A stretch of DNA of 64,000 nucleotides from an uncultured bacterium (lineage in GTDB: Bacteria > Cyanobacteriota > Vampirovibrionia > Gastranaerophilales > Gastranaerophilaceae). Shown here one piece after another: positions 27,467 to 35,118 of the stretch (position 1 is the first letter of the stretch; each line of letters starts with the position of its first letter). The position numbers and the translations under genes were made by a program. The notes under the pieces are model-generated. The model worked only from the letters and a program-made list of their open reading frames with translations, was not told the DNA's origin and made no database searches. The stretch is taken from NCBI GenBank assembly GCA_949294395.1, contig CASFGU010000023.1:21-64020 (forward strand), written 5' to 3'.

Positions 27467-29362
27467 TCAAGCACGCAGGGCTCGTAATGAATTTAGGATT
27501 GCTATGACAGCAACTCCGACATCTGCAAATACTGCTCCCCACATCGTTATGATACCGAAAGCGCCGAGTATCAGGAATAATATTTTTATACCTATGGCAA
27601 ATGCAATATTTTCTTTTACTAAAAGCATTGTTTTTTGTGAAATTTGGATAGCAGTTGTAATTCTTGAAGGCTTATCGTCCATAATAACAATATCAGCGGC
27701 TTCTATCGCGGCATCTGACCCCATTGCACCCATTGCGATGCCAACATCGGCTCTGGTAAGCACAGGCGCATCGTTTATTCCGTCGCCGGCAAAGATTACG
27801 CTGCGATTTTTCTGCTTTTTAGCAATGAGTTCTTCAAGCTTTGCGACTTTTTGCGCAGGAAGAAGCTGCGAGTATATTTTATCTATACCGAGTTTTCTGC
27901 CTGTGGTATCTGCCGTTTCTTTTCTGTCGCCGGTCAGTATAATGGTTTGCCGTGCAAGCTTTTTCAAGCCTTGTATTGCGTCTATGGAATCTTCTTTTAT
28001 TTCATCCGCTATAACTATGTAGCCTAAATATGTGTTGTTAGCTGCAACATAAACAACAGTTCCGGAGCATTGTGCCTCTTTAATAATGATGCCGTTAGTT
28101 TCAAGAAGTCTGCTGCTGCCGGCAAGTATTTCCCCGCCGTTTACTACTGCTTTAACGCCGTTTCCGGCAACTTCGTGTATCTCTTTTATTTCTGCGGAAT
28201 TTATCTCTTTGCCGTAAGCTTCTTTTATTGAAAGTGCTATCGGGTGACTGGAGTAGTTTTCTGCGTAAGCCGCTGTTTTTAGCAGTTCATCTTCGCTTAC
28301 CCCTTCGGGCATGATGGAAACTACTTTAAATACACCCTTTGTAAGTGTGCCTGTTTTGTCAAATACAACAGCATCAGGCTTTGAAAGAGCTTCTATAAAT
28401 GAACTTCCTTTGATAAGAATTCCTTTCTTAGAGGCGCCTCCTATTCCTGCAAAAAATCCGAGCGGAACCGAGATTACGAGTGCACACGGGCATGAGATTA
28501 CAAGGAATGTCAGTGCTCTTGAGAACCATTCCTGGAATATGGCCCCTTTGATTATTAGAGGCGGTATAAATGCGAGCAAAATTGCTGCAATAACTACAAC
28601 CGGAGTATAATATCTTGCAAATTTTGTTATGAAATTCTCTGTTCTGGCTTTTTTCTCTCCTGCGCTTTCAACAAGTTCAAGAATTTTTGCGGCTGTAGAT
28701 TCTCCGAATTCTCTGGTAGTCTTTATTTTTAAAAGCCCGTCAAGGTTAATACATCCGCTTATGGCTGAGCTTCCTTCCTTAACCCTGCGCGGAACGGATT
28801 CGCCGGTAAGAGCAGAAGTGTCAAGCACGGCGCAGCCTTCTATGACAGTTCCGTCAATAGGGATCTTTTCACCTGTTTTGACTGTTATTATGCTACCGAT
28901 TGTAACTTCCGAGGGCGAAACTTTTACAAGCTTGCCGTCTTTTTCTATATTAGCGTAATCCGGACGGATGTCCATTAATTCGGCTATTGATTTGCGTGAC
29001 TTGCCGACTGCATAATCCTGAAACATTTCGCCAATCTGATAAAGTACCATAACCATTACTGCTTCGGGATACTCTTTAATGCCAAAAGCCCCGAGTGTTG
29101 CAATACTCATCAGAAAGTTTTCATCAAATACTTCACCTTTAAATATGTTTTTTATTGCCCTGAATACTACATCCCAGCCGGCTATGGCGTAAGCAGTGAA
29201 GTATATTGCAAACTTTAAACCATGTGGTACAAAAAAGCCTGCTCCAAACAGGATAAGTGCCGGAATGACCCGTATCAATACATTTTTGCCGTTGCCGTGT
29301 TCATGTCCGCAATGATGGTGGCTGCAGCCGTTGTGTGAGTGATGTTCATGGTTATTTTGCAT
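27467..29362 (-). CDS. heavy-metal P1B-type ATPase (Zn/Cd/Co-type)
   Basis: His/Cys-rich N-terminus (HEHHSHNGCSHHHCGHEHG), transmembrane CPC motif (SCPCALV), DKTGTLT, GDGINDAP. Confidence 0.95.
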   Translation of the reverse strand: MQNNHEHHSHNGCSHHHCGHEHGNGKNVLIRVIPALILFGAGFFVPHGLKFAIYFTAYAIAGWDVVFRAIKNIFKGEVFDENFLMSIATLGAFGIKEYPEAVMVMVLYQIGEMFQDYAVGKSRKSIAELMDIRPDYANIEKDGKLVKVSPSEVTIGSIITVKTGEKIPIDGTVIEGCAVLDTSALTGESVPRRVKEGSSAISGCINLDGLLKIKTTREFGESTAAKILELVESAGEKKARTENFITKFARYYTPVVVIAAILLAFIPPLIIKGAIFQEWFSRALTFLVISCPCALVISVPLGFFAGIGGASKKGILIKGSSFIEALSKPDAVVFDKTGTLTKGVFKVVSIMPEGVSEDELLKTAAYAENYSSHPIALSIKEAYGKEINSAEIKEIHEVAGNGVKAVVNGGEILAGSSRLLETNGIIIKEAQCSGTVVYVAANNTYLGYIVIADEIKEDSIDAIQGLKKLARQTIILTGDRKETADTTGRKLGIDKIYSQLLPAQKVAKLEELIAKKQKNRSVIFAGDGINDAPVLTRADVGIAMGAMGSDAAIEAADIVIMDDKPSRITTAIQISQKTMLLVKENIAFAIGIKILFLILGAFGIITMWGAVFADVGVAVIAILNSLRALRA

Positions 29363-29384
29363 AAAACTCCTTTCGATAAAACAA

Positions 29385-29498
29385 TTGAATAATTATTCAA
29401 CTATATCTATATTATAATTGAATAACTGTTCAATTGTCAAGTGTAATAATAAAAATCTTTACAATATATTGACAATTGAACAACTGTTGAACTATAAT
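29385..29498. promoter_or_regulatory. divergent promoter region with three ArsR/SmtB-type operator repeats
   Basis: Perfect palindrome TTGAATAATTATTCAA (29385-29400). TTGAATAACTGTTCAA (29418-29433) lies between TTGACA and TATAAT of the ATPase promoter on the minus strand. AATTGAACAACTGTTGAAC (29474-29492) lies between TTGACA (29469) and TATAAT (29493) of the arsR promoter. Confidence 0.7.
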
Positions 29499-29504
29499 AT
29501 AGTT

Positions 29505-29822
29505 ATGAGTGAGATTGTTACAAAATTAAAGCCGTTATTGCCTGATACTAATCTATTGTATGAGCTTTCTGACTTTTTTAAGGTTATGGGTGATGGAACA
29601 AGGATACAATTACTCTGGGCGCTTGAAGAAAGTGAAATGTGCGTTAATGATCTTGCATCTCTTTTGAATATGACAAAATCCGCAGTATCACACCAGTTGA
29701 AAGTTTTGCGCGTTGCAAAACTTGTAAAGGCACAGAAAAAGGGAAAAAATGTTTATTATTCATTAAGCGATGAGCATGTAAAAACCGTATTTCAGATGGC
29801 GCTGGAACATATTTGCGAGTAA
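29505..29822 (+). CDS. ArsR/SmtB-family metalloregulator (CzrA/SmtB-like, alpha5 site)
   Basis: wHTH LFKVMGDGTRIQLLWAL...VNDLA...KSAVSHQLKVLR. The alpha5 motif D-x-H-x10-H-x2-E is present (DEHVKTVFQMALEHICE). The ATG at 29505 is only 6 nt after the -10 box. The upstream part of the track ORF is operator DNA. Confidence 0.9.
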   Translation: MSEIVTKLKPLLPDTNLLYELSDFFKVMGDGTRIQLLWALEESEMCVNDLASLLNMTKSAVSHQLKVLRVAKLVKAQKKGKNVYYSLSDEHVKTVFQMALEHICE

Positions 29823-29982
29823 ATTTCTGCCGTAGAAGGTGTGGAGATTGTGCCGGAAGCAATTCTGCATATATGCTGCTGGCTTTTAAGACCGTGAAAA
29901 TACCTATATGAAAATGCTTATATGGAAATGGCGTCTTGTGCGCGTTTGGAAGATAGTTTAAACTGTAAGCACTTTGTAAAAA

Positions 29983-31008
29983 ATGAAAAAGGAGCTTACA
30001 ATGACAGAACTAAATATTTTTAAAAACGCTGAAAATGCAGCAAAACTTTTAAAGCTAAAAACGGCAAGCGGTAGTGTTTCTCAGCCTGATATAAAAAAAA
30101 TTTCTAAATTAAAGCAATATGTAATAAGTAAGTATGATAAAATTTCACGCGAAAATCTTCCGCTTACGCAAGAGTTAATAAAGAATATTTCTGATATTGA
30201 AACTTCTGTTTACAAATATGAAACCCTTAAAAAATCGGATTTTGCGGAGGCTGCTGCCGACGAAAAATCAAATATTTTAACATCAATTGATCGAATTTTA
30301 AATTACAGTAAAAATCTTGCGGAAGAACCGGTGCTGCTTGACGGCGCTGTCAGCAACGCCAAATACGTATGGCGCGCTTCTAAAGGAAGTTGTGCTACAT
30401 GTCAGGCACTGGACGGAACAGAGTATGTTTTGAAAGAAGATATTCCGCCCAAACCCCATCCGAATTGCAAATGTACGGTTGAGATGATAAAGGATGAGAA
30501 TACACAGCCTTGTGACTGCCAGAGGCTGTATGAAAAAATTGACGAAATTTCCTCCTCAGTCGAAACTGTAATTCCCGCACTTGAAGATATAAAAAATTCT
30601 GCCGCCGAACTTATGCTTGTTGCTGCAAATATGCCGGCAGCCTCTCTCGGGTACAGTATTCTTGATGAAATAAATACAGCACAGGAGGCGTATCATGATT
30701 TTCAGCGGAATAAGTCGGAGATGATTGCATTCCGCGGATATGACAAGTATTACCACGCAAAAGCCAACTGCGAAGCATCACGCCGCGGATTAAGCGGGGA
30801 GGCTGTTGCTTATCTTGCAAGTATTGGAAAAGAAATTATTGATATTTATACAAAAACAAAATCTAAAAGATTAACCCTCATTGAGGCTGTTAAAGATTCA
30901 CTTGAGGATTTGCAGGCAGATTTTTACGGAATTAGCCGGAAGAGTAATAATGGAAGCTGTGGTATTAATGTGGAAAATATCGGAACTATTATTAATAAAT
31001 CTGAATAA
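29983..31008 (+). CDS. fusion protein: helical N-terminus, phage MuF-like motif, serum-amyloid-A-like C-terminal domain
   Basis: YVWRASKGSCATCQALDGTEYVLKEDIPPKPHPNCKC resembles the MuF/SPP1-gp7 C-terminal motif. AYHDF...YDKYYHAKANCEASRRGLSGEAVAYLASIGKEII...KDSLEDLQADFYG aligns by eye with vertebrate SAA (AYSDM...[34 protein letters not shown]...EDSLADQAANEWG). An alternative start at 30001 has AAGGAG 6 nt upstream. Confidence 0.6.
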   Translation: MKKELTMTELNIFKNAENAAKLLKLKTASGSVSQPDIKKISKLKQYVISKYDKISRENLPLTQELIKNISDIETSVYKYETLKKSDFAEAAADEKSNILTSIDRILNYSKNLAEEPVLLDGAVSNAKYVWRASKGSCATCQALDGTEYVLKEDIPPKPHPNCKCTVEMIKDENTQPCDCQRLYEKIDEISSSVETVIPALEDIKNSAAELMLVAANMPAASLGYSILDEINTAQEAYHDFQRNKSEMIAFRGYDKYYHAKANCEASRRGLSGEAVAYLASIGKEIIDIYTKTKSKRLTLIEAVKDSLEDLQADFYGISRKSNNGSCGINVENIGTIINKSE

Positions 31009-31028
31009 GTATATTTTATAATGTATTT

Positions 31029-31454
31029 ATGAAACTTATTTTTAAAATAATACTAAAAATATTTAAAATCATCTTTCTGTTTATCCTAGCAGCAATGGCG
31101 CTCGGCGGGATATTTACGGTTCTGCTTGCCGGTATTAGAGGTACTCAGGCTGTTATCTTCTTATTGTATGCTTTAATTGTTGCACTTACAGCGTTTTTAT
31201 ATTTGTTTATAGATTTTAAATTAAAAAGTTCGGTTATATTTCTTGCGGTGCTGAGTGTTTATCTATGGATGCTTGACGGGATTCCCGCGGTCAAATATGC
31301 TTTTGATTTAGATATGTGTTATGACGATGGAATTTGTGCGGAAAATATTGAAATAAACTACACCGGATACGGAAAAATTCTGATTACCAGAGAAAATTGT
31401 ATCCGTTATGGCTGGATATGGGATGAAGAAAAACGGTTCTGTAATATACGTTAA
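31029..31454 (+). CDS. small membrane protein (3 TM) with Cys-rich C-terminal tail
   Basis: 141 aa, 20 nt downstream of the MuF-SAA gene. Four Cys in the last 50 aa. Confidence 0.5.
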   Translation: MKLIFKIILKIFKIIFLFILAAMALGGIFTVLLAGIRGTQAVIFLLYALIVALTAFLYLFIDFKLKSSVIFLAVLSVYLWMLDGIPAVKYAFDLDMCYDDGICAENIEINYTGYGKILITRENCIRYGWIWDEEKRFCNIR

Positions 31455-31464
31455 AACGGAAGTA

Positions 31465-31497
31465 CCCCCCCCTGCACTGCACTGCACTGCCGGCAGT
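31465..31497. repeat. C8 tract, (CTGCA) x 3.8, and 12-bp palindrome ACTGCCGGCAGT
   Basis: Read directly: agtaCCCCCCCCtgcactgcactgcactgccggcagt. Lies between convergent genes. Confidence 0.9.
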
Positions 31498-31505
31498 ATT
31501 ATTTG

Positions 31506-32390
31506 TTATGAGTAAATCAGGATATTGCTGTAGTAGAGTTCTTTTACAAGTGCAATAATTTTTTTGATGAATAGTTTGTAGGCTTCCCTGTCTGCTTCTC
31601 CTGAAAGAATAATGTCAGCTTTTGACATTGTCGGATGAATATGAGTTTTTGCTTTGTTAAGCGCATTTCTGTAAACATCATCACCTGAGGAGCCGAGATT
31701 TCTTTCGGCAGCACGCCGGTAAAATCTTTCTTTTTGAATTTCACGCGAAACATCTACATAAATCCTGAAGTCAAAAGCATCAGCGACTTTTTCTGTTAAG
31801 GTGAACAGACCTTCCGAGATAATGATTTTAGACGGAACAGCTTTTGTAACATTATCTTTTCTTATAGCGGTTCCGGACATATCATATTGGGGAAGATAGA
31901 CAGTTTTTCCGAGAAGAAGTGACTTTATATGCTGCTTCATCAATTCAAGTTCAAGAGCTTCCGGCACATCTAAGTCGTAGTGTTTTGCAAACTCAGCAAA
32001 GCTTCCGGCTTCTTTTACCATATCAGAGCGATCATAGTAATAGTCGTCCGTATTAATACGGGTTATAGCATTTTCAATGCAGTATTCCTGAGCAAAAACT
32101 TCAATTGTATTAATAATATCAAGAGTAATTGTTGATTTGCCGCTTGCGGTTTCTCCGGCAATTCCTATTGCGCATGCACGGGCTTTGCAGCCGGATAAAA
32201 ACAATGCCATCTTATGAATGGCATTATTTGACACAAATTTGAATATAGAATCAGGTGAATCCATTTCATCCGCAAAAATTTTATTAAGTCTTTTTTCTAT
32301 AGACTGAAGAAAGATAAGATTGCCGTTTCTTTTTGTCTGAAACTGAGCATTATGAGCAGTTTTTAAACTTTCACTGATTGTGTTTTGCAA
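31506..32390 (-). CDS. uridine kinase / phosphoribulokinase-family P-loop kinase
   Basis: Walker A GIAGETASGKST, DDYYYD, IIISEGLF and FYRRAAERNLG follow the Udk/PRK pattern. TTG start in the track. About 70 aa of N-terminal extension. Confidence 0.65.
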   Translation of the reverse strand: MQNTISESLKTAHNAQFQTKRNGNLIFLQSIEKRLNKIFADEMDSPDSIFKFVSNNAIHKMALFLSGCKARACAIGIAGETASGKSTITLDIINTIEVFAQEYCIENAITRINTDDYYYDRSDMVKEAGSFAEFAKHYDLDVPEALELELMKQHIKSLLLGKTVYLPQYDMSGTAIRKDNVTKAVPSKIIISEGLFTLTEKVADAFDFRIYVDVSREIQKERFYRRAAERNLGSSGDDVYRNALNKAKTHIHPTMSKADIILSGEADREAYKLFIKKIIALVKELYYSNILIYS

Positions 32391-32508
32391 TTTATATTCC
32401 TTATTATTGCGTAACTTTTTTTATAATTTTACTACAATAAATCATAAACAAAGCAAAATTTGTCCAAATGTTAAAAAAAGTTCATCAATCTTTACACCGT
32501 GAAATATT

Positions 32509-32832
32509 TTATAAAATATCTCTTGTGGAAGAGCCAATCCAGTCCAGATAATTCTTTGAACCTTCATCTATTTTTATGGAAACAACTTCCGGTGTATCAT
32601 AAGGGTGAAGTTTTAATATTTTGAATTTTAATTCTTCAAAAAGCATTTTTCTGGTCTTGAACAGCATTAAATATTCTTTGTCCTGAGTGACTTCGTCGTT
32701 CCAGAAATAAATGGAGGTGACTTCCGGTATAATATTAACGCACGCCGCAAGCTTCTCTTCTACTGTAATCCGGGCAATTTCTTTTGCCTGATTTATATCG
32801 TTAATTGTGCACAAAACAATAATATATTCCAT
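32509..32832 (-). CDS. cutA: divalent-cation tolerance protein CutA
   Basis: 107 aa. LAACVNI....S.Y.W......D.E..L..KT and HPYD.PE are characteristic. Confidence 0.9.
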   Translation of the reverse strand: MEYIIVLCTINDINQAKEIARITVEEKLAACVNIIPEVTSIYFWNDEVTQDKEYLMLFKTRKMLFEELKFKILKLHPYDTPEVVSIKIDEGSKNYLDWIGSSTRDIL

Positions 32833-32922
32833 AAAAGCTCCTTTTTCCTTTTAATATTATAGTATAAAAAAGTTTTTCAATCCTGTGATAATGTGCTATT
32901 ATATGTTCAAAAAGGATTTAGT

Positions 32923-33513
32923 ATGAAAAACAATCAACTGGAAGATTATTGTGCATATCTGCACCTGATTACGAAAAAATTAAATCAGTATTTTGAATCA
33001 CAAAAGCCTTATATATTTTGTAAAGAAGGCTGTTCAAAATGCTGTCGTCACGGGGAATACCCGTGTTCGGAGCTGGAGTTTTCTTTTTTGCGTATTGGAT
33101 ACGCTGCTCTGGATTTGCCAACTCAAAAGCTTATTGTGTCAAAGGTTCTAAAAATAAATGAGGAGAAACAAAATTTCAAAGGCGACGTCTTTAATTATGA
33201 GTGTCCGTTTTTGATAAATGACAGGTGTGCTGTGTATAATTACAGACCGCTCATCTGCAGGACATTCGGACTTCCGTATTATGATGGGGAAAATAAGATT
33301 AAGGTTCCTTTTTGTGTGTATGAGGGGCTGAATTACAATCAGGTTTATGATATGGAAACTCATTCTATTTCAGTTGATATGTACAAAAAAACAGGCTATA
33401 AAGAGGAGCCGCTTGCGTTTAATGTGAGCCTTAAATTCCTTATTACAAAAGTCGGAAAAGAAACAATGGGGCTGGATTTCGGCGAGGAAAAAACAATTCT
33501 GGACTGGATGTGA
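32923..33513 (+). CDS. YkgJ-family (UPF0153) cysteine-cluster protein
   Basis: CKEGCSKCC...C and CPFL..DRCAVYNYRPLICRTFG motifs. The start at 32923 follows AAGGA. Confidence 0.7.
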   Translation: MKNNQLEDYCAYLHLITKKLNQYFESQKPYIFCKEGCSKCCRHGEYPCSELEFSFLRIGYAALDLPTQKLIVSKVLKINEEKQNFKGDVFNYECPFLINDRCAVYNYRPLICRTFGLPYYDGENKIKVPFCVYEGLNYNQVYDMETHSISVDMYKKTGYKEEPLAFNVSLKFLITKVGKETMGLDFGEEKTILDWM

Positions 33514-34253
33514 ATATGCAGGAGATTTTTTTACTAACTGAAGATAATATTAAAATTGGAATTAACCACTACAGGAATAATTTTGAGGAAGTTTTGATAA
33601 TTTGCCCGGGCTGGTTTATGACAAAGGACAGCAGGGCATTTCGAGAGATGTCTATAGAGTTTTCCAAATATATGGATGTTTTGGCAATGGATTTTCGCGG
33701 GCACGGAAAAAGCAGCGGGTTTTATACTTTTATGAGCAAGGAAACCCGGGATTTATCGACGGTTGTTAATTTTGCAAAAGAACATTACAAAAACGTATAT
33801 TTGCTGGGATTTTCTCTCGGCGGCGGTCTTGTATTAACTTATTCTGCACTGGAGGGTAATATTGATAAGGTTATCGCTATTTCTGCGCCGGCTGATTTTT
33901 ACAAAATTGAAAATAGAATGTGGCGTCCTGAGGCGTGGATACCTACATTGTTTAAAAAGTTTGAGCCGGAGCGCTGGTTATCTGTAAGACCGGAGCCGCT
34001 TTTGCGTAAAAAATTAAAACCTGTAGATATAGTTGATAAAATTACCTGTCCTGTGCTTTTCATTGCTGGAAAGAAGGATCCTACAGTCTTTGAGTGGCAT
34101 ACAAGAGCTCTGTTTGAAAGAGCTGTTTGCCCGAAACATTATGAGCTTTTTGAAAACGGCAGGCATGCAGAGGATTTGTTTATGGATGAAAAAGATAGAT
34201 TTATGAACATTTGCCTTGAATGGCTCGGAGCGAAAGTGGGTGCTTATGTATGA
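33510..34253 (+). CDS. alpha/beta-fold hydrolase
   Basis: Nucleophile elbow GFSLGG, HG oxyanion motif (RGHGKS), C-terminal H (GRHAED). Confidence 0.75.
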   Translation: MNMQEIFLLTEDNIKIGINHYRNNFEEVLIICPGWFMTKDSRAFREMSIEFSKYMDVLAMDFRGHGKSSGFYTFMSKETRDLSTVVNFAKEHYKNVYLLGFSLGGGLVLTYSALEGNIDKVIAISAPADFYKIENRMWRPEAWIPTLFKKFEPERWLSVRPEPLLRKKLKPVDIVDKITCPVLFIAGKKDPTVFEWHTRALFERAVCPKHYELFENGRHAEDLFMDEKDRFMNICLEWLGAKVGAYV

Positions 34254-34599
34254 TGATGTTTTTGAAAGGTTAGCAAAATCAGAATTCAGAAGCCGGTTTA
34301 AGCTTCAAGAAAAAGACAGGCTCTACCTTGAACAGAAAGGTTTTGATGTAATAAAATCACATGCAAAAGATTTTATTGCCGCAAGGGTTGCCCCTGCTCA
34401 AATTCCAAACGACGGCAAACAAACCCCGACTAAAGGACATCCGGTTTTTACTGCACAGCACGCAACTGCTACCTGCTGCAGAGGCTGTATCAGCAAATGG
34501 CATAAATTTCCTAAGTGTGTCGAGCTTTCTGTTAAGCAGCAGGAATATCTGGTAAATATAATTATGGAATGGTTAAGACGTCAGACAGAGCAGGATTGA
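34246..34599 (+). CDS. DUF4186-domain protein
   Basis: FRSRFKL..KD..Y...KG...I..HA.DF...R...A...NDGKQTP..GHPVF.AQHATATCCR.C..KWH pattern. The ATG at 34246 overlaps the upstream stop. Confidence 0.7.
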   Translation: MYDDVFERLAKSEFRSRFKLQEKDRLYLEQKGFDVIKSHAKDFIAARVAPAQIPNDGKQTPTKGHPVFTAQHATATCCRGCISKWHKFPKCVELSVKQQEYLVNIIMEWLRRQTEQD

Positions 34600-34601
34600 T
34601 T

Positions 34602-35072
34602 ATGGAATATAAAACAAATGTTATGAGAATGCTAGATAAGCATAAAATTTCTTATAAAAAATACTGTTACAAGGGCACAGGTGCTGTAAGCGGGGTTGAA
34701 GTCGCTGCTGTTTTAAAGCAAAATCCTCTGCAGGTCTTTAAAACTCTTGTGACTGTTGCAAAATCAAACAAGTATTACGTATTTATGCTGCCTGTTGAAA
34801 AAGAGCTGGATTTAAAAAAAGCTGCGCACGCAGCAGGCGAAAAATCTGTTGAAATGCTGAAATCAAAAGAGCTTTTACACCTTACAGGTTATATACACGG
34901 CGGCTGTTCCCCTATTGGAATGAAAAAGTTTTTTACAACCATAATTGATGCTTCTGCTACGAATTTTAAAACAATTATATTCAGTGCCGGAAAAATCGGT
35001 TATCAGGTCGAAATGAGTCTTGATGACTTAAGCCATATTATAAAATTTAATCTGGCTGATATAACAGCATAA
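34602..35072 (+). CDS. ybaK: Cys-tRNA(Pro)/Cys-tRNA(Cys) deacylase YbaK
   Basis: NVMRMLDKHKISY..., FKTLV and GYIHGGCSPIGMKK are typical of YbaK/EbsC. Confidence 0.85.
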   Translation: MEYKTNVMRMLDKHKISYKKYCYKGTGAVSGVEVAAVLKQNPLQVFKTLVTVAKSNKYYVFMLPVEKELDLKKAAHAAGEKSVEMLKSKELLHLTGYIHGGCSPIGMKKFFTTIIDASATNFKTIIFSAGKIGYQVEMSLDDLSHIIKFNLADITA

Positions 35073-35082
35073 AAGAAAAGAT

Positions 35083-35113
35083 GAGGAGCCGTTTTTATTC
35101 AAAACGGCTCCTT
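35083..35113. terminator. bidirectional rho-independent terminator
   Basis: GAGGAGCCGTTTT-tattc-AAAACGGCTCCT between convergent ybaK and the giant gene. Confidence 0.75.
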
Positions 35114-35118
35114 AATGT

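Noticed and set aside
27399-28022. 207-aa + strand ORF
   Set aside because: It is antisense to the P1B-ATPase, whose motifs (DKTGTLT, GDGINDAP) are unambiguous on the minus strand.
29418-29504. N-terminal 29 codons of the track ORF 29418-29822
   Set aside because: This stretch is AT-rich operator/promoter DNA. The ArsR-family wHTH protein begins at 29505.
29983-31454. Prophage or phage remnant, suggested by the MuF-like motif
   Set aside because: No terminase, portal, capsid, tail, integrase or att-like repeats are nearby. A single motif is insufficient, so I treat it as a domain fusion only.
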